Origin: Verrucomicrobiales bacterium
GTDB taxonomy: Bacteria; Verrucomicrobiota; Verrucomicrobiia; Verrucomicrobiales; V1-33
DNA: 38,280 nucleotides
Reading direction: 5' to 3'
Assembly: GCA_947462995.1 (NCBI GenBank)
Contig: CANHUG010000002.1
Coordinates: 1-38,280 of the forward strand
Part shown: positions 1 through 8,101 of the stretch, piece by piece
Layout: each line of letters begins with the position of its first letter
Position numbering within the stretch: position 1 is the first letter of the stretch
The notes under the pieces: model-generated
What the model was told of the DNA's origin: nothing
Database searches by the model: none
The model's input: only the letters and a program-made list of their open reading frames with translations
Program-made: the position numbers and the translations under genes

Positions 1-106
1 TGGCGCGGTGGAACCACCCGTTCCCATCCCGAACACGGAAGTGAAACGCCGCAGCGCCGATGGTAGTTTGACGACAGGTCATGCGAGAGTAGGACGTTGC
101 CAGGTT
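1..106 (+). rRNA. rrf: 5S ribosomal RNA, 5' end cut by the window edge
   Basis: Conserved 5S core read directly: CCCATCCCGAACACGGAAGTGAAACGCCGCAGCGCCGATGGTAG ... CATGCGAGAGTAGGACGTTGCCAGG. The pairing partner of the 3' helix-I strand GTTGCCAGG lies upstream of position 1, so the gene is truncated by the window. A strong terminator follows immediately. Confidence 0.9.
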
Positions 107-110
107 ATAA

Positions 111-150
111 CGGCCCGTTTTCCGAAAGGAAAACGGGCCGCTTGTTTTTT
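111..150 (+). terminator. Intrinsic terminator closing the rRNA operon
   Basis: Perfect 13-bp stem CGGCCCGTTTTCC / GGAAAACGGGCCG around a GAAA loop (111-140), followed by CTTGTTTTTT (141-150). Confidence 0.85.
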
Positions 151-429
151 GGGCGGAAGCGCGAGCGGGTGAGGATTCGGAAGCGGCGAAATGGGCGTGA
201 TTTCCCTGCGTCAGCCGGGATTCCTGGATGGAACTGGCGATTCCGGGCTGGAGTTGGCCGGGCTCAGCCGTCTGCTGTGCCGTGGAGGGGCGTGCTGATT
301 TTGGCTGGTAGCCGCCCTCCAAGATCCTGCTGAGGAAGGGAGAGCAGGCTGGATCCGTGCGATTGACGGCCGCGTGGCCGGGAGACGACGGTCAGACACC
401 CAGAGGGGCGCGGCTTGAGCCGGATGGTG

Positions 430-2025
430 TCATGCTTGTGACGGTGCTTCTTCGGGATGCGCAGCCTGTTGGTCTGCGGATGGGGCGGGGAGCATTTTTG
501 CGAGGCGGCTGAGTGCTGAGAGCACGGCGGATTGGCCGGGTTTGAGACCGGGCATGACGGCGAAAAGGGCCCTGCAGGCGGTTTCGTAGGAAGGAGATGG
601 GTACCCGCGGGAGACGGCGAGGTGGCGGATGTAGCGGATGGCGCGGTCGATGAGTTTGTTATTGGCTGGGCGGACCCATGTCATGACATTGTCTTCGTAG
701 CGTCCCAATCTACCCATGAGGAGAGTGCTGTGGGTGTTGAGCAGGAGTTTGAGGAGAAGGTTTGCCTGGACCCTGCCGACGGGGCCTTGTACGGCCTTGA
801 AGGAGACTGTGTGATGCAGGTGGTCGAAGTTGAAGGCGATCTTTCCGGGGCCGCCGGCGATGCGGAAGACGTGGTGTAGAGCGCCTTGGGTGCGGCGGCG
901 TCTGAGTTCCGGGAGTTGAGCGGAGAAGTTGTATCCGAGGATGACCGGCAGGCCTGTTGTCGAGGCGACTTCGGGCCACGCGACGGGGCGGGGGGCGCGG
1001 TGGAGGAGGCGCCTCCATGCGGAGGGACTGTCGGGAGCTGCCGGGGTGAACAGGTGGCACCATGAAGCGGGGGCACGGAGGTCCTTTTGATTCTCGAAAG
1101 GAGCGAGGCTGAACGTGGGGCTGCGCTCGGTGGTATCGGTGAGGACGGTGATGGCGAAAGGCCCGGGTTCGTAGAGAGTGAATTCCTTGCGTTGGCAGAT
1201 GGCGGTTTCGTGGGCGGTGAATGCGGCGAGGAAGGACCAATCGGAGCTGGCAACGATTTCGTGGAGGAGGGCAGGGGCGGCGGCGGCGGCTTCGGGGCTG
1301 TCGCGGTGAGCGAAGGCGAAGGCGATGGCGGCGGTGAGGACGGTCGTTGATTGCATCCGGGTGCTGCCGCTGAGGGCCATGGGGCCGACGGCGAGATTGA
1401 TTTTCCGGATGGCGGGATTTTCGATGACGCGACGGGAGCGCTCTGCGGCGGCGGAGAGGATGTCATCCGGGTTGCAGTAGAGGAAGAAGGGGGCGGCTTT
1501 GGAAATCTCGGCGGCACGTTCTGTTGCGCCGATGACCCATGGGGTTTCGCCGCCTTCGGTTGAAGCGATGAGGAGATCTCCGTCGCGGAAGCCGAGGTCG
1601 TCGAGCTGGCGGGCACCGTATTCCGGGTGGTCCTCGAATTTTTCGACGGCGCGGATGAGGGCGAGGTCGCCGCCGGCCATGAAGGCGATGACGCGATCGG
1701 CGAGGTGTGGAGGGAGGAGCCCTTCGCGGCAGAACAGTTCGATGGAGAGGGAGAGACGGCCGGTGGCACCGCAGCCGCAGAGGAAGATGCGGCCACCTGA
1801 GGCGAAGCAGAGGGCGATGGCCCGGGCGAGGTCCGGGAGTTGTCCGGCGGCGGCCTTGAAGCGCTCGAGTGCGAGGAGGTCGACGGATTTGAGCGTCTCT
1901 ACGGCTGCCGGGAGGTCCTGGCAGGCGAGCGTGGAGAGGTTGAGAGTCAGCGGGTGCTGAGCTTCGGTGTCCAGCGATCCCAGTTGGAAATCGGCGGCGA
2001 TGGCGAGGAATTCGTCAGCGGTCAT
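430..2025 (-). CDS. SIS-domain sugar-phosphate etherase/regulator-like protein (MurQ / GckR family)
   Basis: 531-aa ORF with ATG at 2025. LGSLDTEAQHPLT and GGRIFLCGCGATGRLS resemble the MurNAc-6-P etherase / glucokinase-regulator signatures (TE..NP.T and GR.i..G.G.SGRL). The length suggests a two-lobed GckR-like protein rather than plain MurQ. Product assigned from motif recall only. Confidence 0.65.
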   Translation of the reverse strand: MTADEFLAIAADFQLGSLDTEAQHPLTLNLSTLACQDLPAAVETLKSVDLLALERFKAAAGQLPDLARAIALCFASGGRIFLCGCGATGRLSLSIELFCREGLLPPHLADRVIAFMAGGDLALIRAVEKFEDHPEYGARQLDDLGFRDGDLLIASTEGGETPWVIGATERAAEISKAAPFFLYCNPDDILSAAAERSRRVIENPAIRKINLAVGPMALSGSTRMQSTTVLTAAIAFAFAHRDSPEAAAAAPALLHEIVASSDWSFLAAFTAHETAICQRKEFTLYEPGPFAITVLTDTTERSPTFSLAPFENQKDLRAPASWCHLFTPAAPDSPSAWRRLLHRAPRPVAWPEVASTTGLPVILGYNFSAQLPELRRRRTQGALHHVFRIAGGPGKIAFNFDHLHHTVSFKAVQGPVGRVQANLLLKLLLNTHSTLLMGRLGRYEDNVMTWVRPANNKLIDRAIRYIRHLAVSRGYPSPSYETACRALFAVMPGLKPGQSAVLSALSRLAKMLPAPSADQQAAHPEEAPSQA

Positions 2026-2034
2026 GGTAATTGT

Positions 2035-2916
2035 TCAGGTGTGGCCGGGAGCGGAGACGCGGGAGTCTTCGATTTCGTCGCGGCGGTTGCGGAGGATGCG
2101 GTCGGCGGTTTCGGCGATCATTTCCTCGAGGATGAGGCGGAGATGGGAGCCGGCGCGGAAGTCGCTAGGGGCGATGTGCTTGACGCGATTGGCGTGAGCC
2201 GCGAGTTGGTAGCATTTGCGGAAGCTGTTGCGCGACTTGTCCTCGTTGTTGTAGACGGCGATGGCGTTGCCGCCGTACTGTTTCATGATGGTGAAGCAGG
2301 GGACGTCGGTGGGGCCGTCACCGAGGTAGATCATGTTAGAAAATGGGATGGGCCGCATGTCGGCGGGCATGTGGTCGTTGACGTCCTGGCTGAGGTCGAG
2401 GAGCCCTTTGTTGATGCGGAAGAGGTACTGGGTTTTCTGGGTGTGCGAGATGACGCGCTTTGGGAAGGAGATGCGGCCCTCGCTGTCGGTGGCGAATTCG
2501 CAGCCGAAGACTTCTTTGATGAACGGGCGGAGTCGGGAGCCGTCGATGAGCGCCTTCATGCCGCTGCTGACGATGTAGTGTTCGAGGCGGATGCCGATGC
2601 CGCGGTGGGCTGGGCTGAGGGTTTCCTCGAGTTCGCCGAACATTTCGGGCAGGCCTTTGTAGAAGCCGAGATTGGATCCTAGCTTTTCGAGTTCCCTGTT
2701 CGTGGGGGGATCCATCTGGAGGTAATCGAGGAGCGTCTTGAGGTAGGCGAGTTCGCTTTCCCAGCCGTCCTGCCTGACGAGAGTCTGGCATTTTTTCCAG
2801 AACGAGCCTGGATCGATGCCGTAGGCGGGGAACAGGACCTCGTCCTGCATGTAGGTTGGGGAGAGCGTCTGGTCGTAATCGTAGACGACGGCGATGGTGG
2901 TCTGGGGGACGGACAT
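2035..2916 (-). CDS. HAD-superfamily hydrolase
   Basis: Preferred start is ATG 2916 (MSVPQTT), 8 nt downstream of the upstream gene's stop at 2925; the longer ORF to 2976 would overlap that gene. HAD motif I is VVYDYDQTL (DxDxT), motif II is IVSSG, and motif IV is IYLGDGPTDVP (GDGxxD). Confidence 0.75.
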   Translation of the reverse strand: MSVPQTTIAVVYDYDQTLSPTYMQDEVLFPAYGIDPGSFWKKCQTLVRQDGWESELAYLKTLLDYLQMDPPTNRELEKLGSNLGFYKGLPEMFGELEETLSPAHRGIGIRLEHYIVSSGMKALIDGSRLRPFIKEVFGCEFATDSEGRISFPKRVISHTQKTQYLFRINKGLLDLSQDVNDHMPADMRPIPFSNMIYLGDGPTDVPCFTIMKQYGGNAIAVYNNEDKSRNSFRKCYQLAAHANRVKHIAPSDFRAGSHLRLILEEMIAETADRILRNRRDEIEDSRVSAPGHT

Positions 2917-2924
2917 TGTTTTGG

Positions 2925-3704
2925 TCAGAGGCCGCGGGCGTAGGAATCGCAGCGATTGAACCAGCCCTCGCGCCACTGAGTTTCCTTTTTCGGGGCGAGT
3001 TCGATGCGGCGGCCGAGGGTGCGTTTGGCTGCGGCGGCGAAGGCGGCGGGTGCCTGTTGAGGGGATGGCTGGCCGGGGATGGCCTGGAGGACCTGGAGGA
3101 GTCCCCAGCCATGGCCCTTGTAACGTTCGGCGGGATTGGTGCCCTCGCCTTTGAAATTGACGTAATCCATGAGGCAGTAGAGGCCGCTGCCTGTCTGGGT
3201 CAGGGCGAGGAACCGTGCGCGGATGGCGTCGCGTTCATTGGGTGGTGCGGCCGCGAGGATTTTTGGCAGGGATGCGGTGCTGCGCTGTGCGGCGAATTCG
3301 GCCTGAAGGGGTACGGTGGCGGCGAGAAGGCTGCGGATTTCTTTCAGTTTAGGAGAGTCCTTGGCGGCGATGAAGGCGCTGCGGTCTGGCCACGGGCAGT
3401 GACTGGCTTTGGAGAGCCATGGGGGCACTGGAGCGCCGCGGGCTGCGAGGTGGCGGACGAGGCCCGGGAAGCTTTCCTCGTAAGGGCCGCGCGGGCCCTT
3501 GGGGTACCAGATGAAGTGTCCGATTCCGAGGGAAGCGAAGTCCTCGCCTGCGTTCCAGCTGGTGAGGCCGGAGACGGTGCCGCCGCATTCGTTTTTCCAG
3601 AGCCGCTGACCGATTTTTGCGGCTGTGGCTGGGGGAATGGCAAATGGGCTGTCGGCTGCGGCTCCGAGGGGCAGAAGGAAGCAGAGAAGGAGGAGACGGA
3701 GCAT
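2925..3704 (-). CDS. Exported hypothetical protein
   Basis: Preferred start is ATG 3704, giving MLRLLLLCFLLPLGAAADS (Sec-type signal peptide). The longer ORF to 3800 would overlap the upstream gene. No family recognised (contains WKNECGG and GIGHFIW). Confidence 0.6.
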   Translation of the reverse strand: MLRLLLLCFLLPLGAAADSPFAIPPATAAKIGQRLWKNECGGTVSGLTSWNAGEDFASLGIGHFIWYPKGPRGPYEESFPGLVRHLAARGAPVPPWLSKASHCPWPDRSAFIAAKDSPKLKEIRSLLAATVPLQAEFAAQRSTASLPKILAAAPPNERDAIRARFLALTQTGSGLYCLMDYVNFKGEGTNPAERYKGHGWGLLQVLQAIPGQPSPQQAPAAFAAAAKRTLGRRIELAPKKETQWREGWFNRCDSYARGL

Positions 3705-3765
3705 GGGGGGATGGGGCCACGGGCGATCCAGCGCGCGAACGCTGGATGCCCGTGGGGACGTGGGA

Positions 3766-4134
3766 TCACTGGACGAAGCGAACGGCAGCTCCGGGGACAT
3801 CGCCGCGGGCCATGGCTGCGTGCTGTTCGTCGCTGCAGGCTGAGTTGGTCGGAGCGTCGGCGGGGCGATCGACGGAGGCGACGAGACCGTGCGAGAGAAG
3901 GAAGGCTTCGACTTCTTCGCCGCTGATGTCTGCGAGCATGGTGTCGTTGACGAGGACGCAGGGGCTGAGTGGCTGCCCGCTTTTCTGTTCCATTTCCCAG
4001 CGGAAGGCGGGGTTTTTGATGATGTCCTTTTCTTCGAACGGGAGGTCGTATTTGCGCATGATGGCGCGGACGCCTTCGCTCCAGCCGCAAAATGTTTTGA
4101 GGTAGGCGGTGATTTGGGGTTTTGGTTGGCTCAT
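3766..4134 (-). CDS. Glutaredoxin/thioredoxin-fold protein (CGWS motif)
   Basis: Preferred start is ATG 4134 (MSQPKPQITAYLKTFCGWSEGVRAIM...). The beta-alpha-beta start has a CxxS site in the glutaredoxin position, then PFEEKDI...SPCVLVND. It heads a four-gene minus-strand run (3766-4134, 2925-3704, 2035-2916, 430-2025). Confidence 0.6.
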   Translation of the reverse strand: MSQPKPQITAYLKTFCGWSEGVRAIMRKYDLPFEEKDIIKNPAFRWEMEQKSGQPLSPCVLVNDTMLADISGEEVEAFLLSHGLVASVDRPADAPTNSACSDEQHAAMARGDVPGAAVRFVQ

Positions 4135-4182
4135 GGGGAGTGGTGTTGGTTTGGTGGCTGAAGGTATGGAGGGTGAGGCGGG

Positions 4183-5148
4183 ATGCAAGGCGGCAGGGAA
4201 AAAGCCTTTGCCGATGGCGTTATCTGCCCGCACGGAAGCGGGGTGACCGCCGTTCCGAATGATCGACCGAAAGTACGTGCCGTCCTGCTTGGTGGAAGCG
4301 GACTTCTTGGCGGGGCGCTGCGTCAGGTATGGGCTGCGCGGCCTGAGATTGAATTGGTGCCGCTTTCACGGGCTGAGTTGAATCTGACGCAGCCGGACCG
4401 GATTGAAGCTGCGCTTGAGGGACTGGAGTTCGATTTGCTGGTGAATGCGGCGGCGTACACGCGTGTGGATGATGCCGAGACGGCCGGGGGGCGGGAGTTG
4501 GCGATGACGGTGAACGGGGAGGCGGCGGGGCGGTTGGCGGTTTGTGCGGCGGCGCGCGGGGCGAAGCTGCTGCATTTCAGCACGGATTATGTTTTCGATG
4601 GGCGCAAGGACAGCCCGTACACAGAGACGGACCCGACGAATCCGCTGGGGGCGTACGGGGAATCAAAGCGGGTTGGGGAGGAGCGGGTGCTGGAGGCATC
4701 GGGGCGGCATCTGGTGGTGAGGCTTTCGTGGCTGTGCGGGCCGGCGCGGCCTGCGTTTCCGGAGTGGGTGCTGGCGCAGGCGGCTGTCCGTCCGGAGGTG
4801 CGGGTGGTGGCGGACAAGTGGGCGTGTCCGACATGGGCGCCGGATGCGGCGGAGCGCCTGCTGCCGTTGGTTGCGGGGCCGACCGAAGCGAGCGGGCTGC
4901 TGCATTTCTGCAATCCACCCGGGTGTTCGTGGCTGGAGTGGGGGCAGAGGATTCTGGATGTGGCGACGGCGTCCGGCGTGGAATTGCAGACGAGGAGATT
5001 GACCCCGGTGGCAATTGCCGATTTGCATGGGATGGCGGCTCCACGGCCGGCTTACTCGGTGATGGACACGGGGAGGTTTGCGGCGATCAGCGGACGAGCT
5101 GCTGCGGATTGGACCGAGTGGCTTCCTCAGATGGCGGGGAAGGTGTGA
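4183..5148 (+). CDS. rfbD: dTDP-4-dehydrorhamnose reductase
   Basis: Rossmann motif VLLGGSGLLGG, then HFSTDYVFDG and PYTETDPTNPLGAYGESKRVGE (YxxxK), typical of RmlD/RfbD. The start is uncertain: ATG 4183 or in-frame GTG 4243, the latter lying closer to the Rossmann motif. Confidence 0.85.
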   Translation: MQGGREKAFADGVICPHGSGVTAVPNDRPKVRAVLLGGSGLLGGALRQVWAARPEIELVPLSRAELNLTQPDRIEAALEGLEFDLLVNAAAYTRVDDAETAGGRELAMTVNGEAAGRLAVCAAARGAKLLHFSTDYVFDGRKDSPYTETDPTNPLGAYGESKRVGEERVLEASGRHLVVRLSWLCGPARPAFPEWVLAQAAVRPEVRVVADKWACPTWAPDAAERLLPLVAGPTEASGLLHFCNPPGCSWLEWGQRILDVATASGVELQTRRLTPVAIADLHGMAAPRPAYSVMDTGRFAAISGRAAADWTEWLPQMAGKV

Positions 5149-5166
5149 TGAGGGAAGGGAACCGGC

Positions 5167-5187
5167 CCCGGACGGAAGTCGTCCGGG
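5167..5187. terminator. Hairpin between convergent rfbD and hsp20 (possible bidirectional terminator)
   Basis: CCCGGACG-GAAGT-CGTCCGGG forms an 8-bp GC-rich stem in the 64-nt gap between two convergent stop codons. No clear U-tract on either side. Confidence 0.35.
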
Positions 5188-5212
5188 ACCGGCGAGGGGT
5201 GTTGACGTGCGG

Positions 5213-5638
5213 TCAGTTGACCTTCACTTCGATTTCGCGCGGCTGAATTTCGACGCGTTTTGGTACGGTGACGGTGAGAACGCCGTTTTTGAATTCTGCG
5301 GCGACGCGATCGCCATCGGAGTCTTTGGGGAGAGTGAAGCTGCGGGAGAATTGGCCGTAGCTGCGTTCGACGAGGTGGTATCGGGTGGCGTCGGATTTCT
5401 TTTCGAGCTTCCGTTCGCCTTTGAGGGTGAGGACCCCGTCGCGGACGGTGACTTTAACGTCCGAGGGGGTGACGTCCGGCAATTCTGCGCTGACGTGGTA
5501 GCCGGATTCATCTTCGAAGATGTTCACCGACGGCGTCCAATTGCGGTTTTCGCCGTGGTTGTCGCGGAGGAGTGCGTCGGCGATGGTGAGGAGGCGGCTG
5601 GGGATGCCGAGTTCACGGAGCGGGTGGTAGGTGTTCAT
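5213..5638 (-). CDS. hsp20: Small heat-shock protein, Hsp20/alpha-crystallin family
   Basis: Preferred start is ATG 5638 (MNTYHPLREL...), giving 141 aa. The alpha-crystallin domain reads WTPSVNIFEDESGYHVSAELPDVTPSDVKVTVRDGVLTLKGERK...ERSYGQFSRSFTLP...AEFKNGVLTVTVPK. The 109 codons upstream in the ORF track are Pro/His-rich and look non-coding. Confidence 0.9.
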   Translation of the reverse strand: MNTYHPLRELGIPSRLLTIADALLRDNHGENRNWTPSVNIFEDESGYHVSAELPDVTPSDVKVTVRDGVLTLKGERKLEKKSDATRYHLVERSYGQFSRSFTLPKDSDGDRVAAEFKNGVLTVTVPKRVEIQPREIEVKVN

Positions 5639-5698
5639 GGCAATGGTGGGTTGGATTTGGGTGGTGGACCAGGCTGTTGGGCTGGCTGGGGAGGAATA

Positions 5699-5716
5699 AT
5701 GCGCCAATCGTGCCAA
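5699..5716 (-). promoter_or_regulatory. Candidate sigma-54 (-24/-12) promoter for hsp20
   Basis: The minus strand reads TTGGCACGATTGGCGCAT, i.e. TGGCACG-N4-gcGCA against the consensus TGGCACG-N4-TTGCW. The invariant GG and GC have the correct spacing, and the site lies about 60-78 nt upstream of the hsp20 ATG. Confidence 0.35.
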
Positions 5717-6013
5717 GGGGTCTGCGTGGGTTGTAAGGTGTTGAGGATGAGTTGTTTGTGTGAAATTGGCGACGTGGTGGGCGCGGTTTTGGGAAGTGAC
5801 GACGGGCCGAGGTGGCGCGTCGGTGTGGACAAAAGTGTCATGGTTTCGCGTCATGCTGACGCACCCGCGGGGGAGTGGGGTGAAGGGGAGTGGGGCGTGC
5901 CGAGGATGCCCCGGGGTGCGAATTAGGGGAATCCCTGAGTTCATACAAGTTGCGACCCAACTCATGGCGGATTAACTCAGAGGTGAGAGAATCGCCCACG
6001 AACCCCTGCTTAC

Positions 6014-8062
6014 ATGATGACCCTGCGTTATATTTTTCCTGCGGCTGCGATTGTTGCCAGTGTGCTCGCGCCGGTTCGCGCTGATCAGGTCAGCGAGAAG
6101 ATTGATGAGTTGGTGGAGGCGAACTACAAGGCGAAGAAGATCCAGCCGAACGCGCCGGTGAGTGATGAGGTTTTTGTGCGGCGGGCGTACTTGGACATTG
6201 TCGGCCGGATTCCATCGATGGAGGAGGCGCGGGCTTTTCTGGAGTCTGGAGAAGCTGGGAAGCGGACGAAGCTGATTGACACGCTGCTGGGGTCCGAGGG
6301 GTACGTGTCGCACTGGTACAACTGGTGGGCGGACATTCTGCGGGTGCAGACGGGGATGCGGGACGAGGCTGGTACTGCGTATGCGGAATGGGTGAAGGAT
6401 TCATTGAGGAAGAACGTGCCGTATGACCAGTTTGTGAAGACGCTGGTGACGGCGGAGGGATTTGTGTGGGACAATGGGGCGGTGGGGTATTATCTGCGGG
6501 ATGCGGGGATGCCGCTCGATAACATGTCGAACACGGCGCAGATATTTCTGGGGACGCGACTGGTGTGTGCGCAGTGTCACAATCATCCGTTCGACCGATG
6601 GACGCAGAAGGATTACTATCAGATGGCGGCGTACACGTACAATGTATCGACGGAGTTGAATCCGATGGATTTTGTGCGTGGGCTGGATGAGAAGGCGCTG
6701 GCGAGCAAGACGAAGCGGTCTGGCGAGCGTCAGAGGCAGGCGATGCGGCGTATCATTGATGGGATGCTGGAGCCATTGAAGAATGGTGTGGGTGAGAATG
6801 AGGGATCGAAGCTGAACCTGCCGGGCGATTACAAGTACGACGATGCCAAGCCGGGTGAGATGGTGGAAGCGCGGACGATTTTCGGTGAGAAAGTGTCGAG
6901 TCGGCGGGAGGCGCGCAAGCATTATGCGGACTGGATGGCATCGACGGAGAATCCCCGGTTCACGCTGGTGATGGCGAACCGCCTGTGGAAGCGGGTGATG
7001 GGCATGGGGCTGATTGAGCCGGTGGATGATTTCAAGGACGGGACGGAGGCGTCGAATCCGGTGCTGATGAAGTACCTGACGAGTCAGTTGGTGAACATGC
7101 GGTATGACACGAAGAAGTTTCTGCGGGCGATTTACAATACGAAGACGTATCAGCGGGAGACGACGCGCGGGGATGTGCCCGAGGACCAACCTTATTATTT
7201 CCCCGGGCCTGTGTTGCGGCGGATGACGGCGGAGCAGATCTGGGACAGTGTGTGCACGATTGTGATTCCTGATCCGGACGGGCGGAAGCGTGGGAATGGG
7301 TATAAGGCGAAGCTGGAAGTGATGCGAACCGAGGCGGATCAGCTCAAGGCGGCGACGAAGGATGACATCATCACGGTAGCGAAGAAGTATGCGGATATGG
7401 ATGCGGAGGCGGAACTGAAGGCGATGGTGGCGAGGGAGAAGCTGAACAAGGCGCGGGAGGCTGGTGATGCCAAGGTGACTGGTGAGGCGCAGAAGGAACT
7501 GAATGCGCTGAATGCGCAGAGGGATGGGTTTGAGACTTCGGCGCGGGCTGAGTTGATCAAACTGGCCGGTGAGAAGTCGCGGAGTATATTCACGACGGCG
7601 GTGAAGAAGCCGGGGATGAGCGGCGAGGGTGGGAAGGATATGGTCACCGTGACGCCTAACGATCCCGGGCAGTGGTCGGGGTTTGGGGATGAGTTTTTCC
7701 GTGCGTCGGAGTTGCCATCGCCTGCGCCGGGCGGGCATTTTCTGCGTGAGTTTGGTCAGTCGAACCGTGAAGTGATTGAGAATGCGAGTGGTGAGGCGTC
7801 GGTGAGTCAGGCGTTGAACCTGATGAATGGCCCGGTTTTCAATGTGGTGATGGGAGAGAAGAGCCAGCTGATGCAGAGATTCACCGGGGCGAGCAACGAC
7901 GAGGGCCGGATGAATGCGATTTTCATGACATTGTATGGCCGCAAGCCGAATGAGACTGAGAAGGCGATCGTGGCGGAAGCGGTGGCGGAGAAGGGCAAGG
8001 ATGGCTGGAAGAATGTGATTTGGGCGCTTCTGAACAGCCGGGAATTCGTATTTATTCAGTAA
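6014..8062 (+). CDS. DUF1549/DUF1553 (PSCyt2/PSD1) domain protein, exported
   Basis: Signal peptide MMTLRYIFPAAAIVASVLAPVRA. The DUF1549-type N-terminus reads FVRRAYLDIVGRIPSMEEARAFL...LIDTLLGSEGYVSHWYNWWADILRV with CAQCHNHPFDRWTQKDYY. The DUF1553-type C-terminus ends ...WALLNSREFVFIQ. It sits in the usual pairing with a DUF1501 gene. Confidence 0.85.
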   Translation: MMTLRYIFPAAAIVASVLAPVRADQVSEKIDELVEANYKAKKIQPNAPVSDEVFVRRAYLDIVGRIPSMEEARAFLESGEAGKRTKLIDTLLGSEGYVSHWYNWWADILRVQTGMRDEAGTAYAEWVKDSLRKNVPYDQFVKTLVTAEGFVWDNGAVGYYLRDAGMPLDNMSNTAQIFLGTRLVCAQCHNHPFDRWTQKDYYQMAAYTYNVSTELNPMDFVRGLDEKALASKTKRSGERQRQAMRRIIDGMLEPLKNGVGENEGSKLNLPGDYKYDDAKPGEMVEARTIFGEKVSSRREARKHYADWMASTENPRFTLVMANRLWKRVMGMGLIEPVDDFKDGTEASNPVLMKYLTSQLVNMRYDTKKFLRAIYNTKTYQRETTRGDVPEDQPYYFPGPVLRRMTAEQIWDSVCTIVIPDPDGRKRGNGYKAKLEVMRTEADQLKAATKDDIITVAKKYADMDAEAELKAMVAREKLNKAREAGDAKVTGEAQKELNALNAQRDGFETSARAELIKLAGEKSRSIFTTAVKKPGMSGEGGKDMVTVTPNDPGQWSGFGDEFFRASELPSPAPGGHFLREFGQSNREVIENASGEASVSQALNLMNGPVFNVVMGEKSQLMQRFTGASNDEGRMNAIFMTLYGRKPNETEKAIVAEAVAEKGKDGWKNVIWALLNSREFVFIQ

Positions 8063-8101
8063 ACAGACAACTTACCTGCAACCATCCACCTCAAATCAGC
8101 C

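Noticed and set aside
97-333. 78-aa TTG-start ORF overlapping the 5S rRNA 3' end and its terminator
   Set aside because: It spans an RNA gene and a terminator hairpin, its translation is Arg-rich, and nothing supports it.
681-3926. Overlapping alternative-frame ORFs in the housekeeping region (681-1796 -, 1840-2682 +, 2336-3112 -, 2856-3926 +, 3344-4090 -)
   Set aside because: They have low-complexity Ala/Gly/Arg/Pro compositions. They overlap ORFs that carry clear SIS, HAD, signal-peptide or glutaredoxin motifs.
5639-5965. N-terminal 109-codon extension of the Hsp20 ORF
   Set aside because: The extension is Pro/His/Thr-rich and absent from Hsp20 proteins. The internal ATG at 5638 gives a normal 141-aa alpha-crystallin protein.
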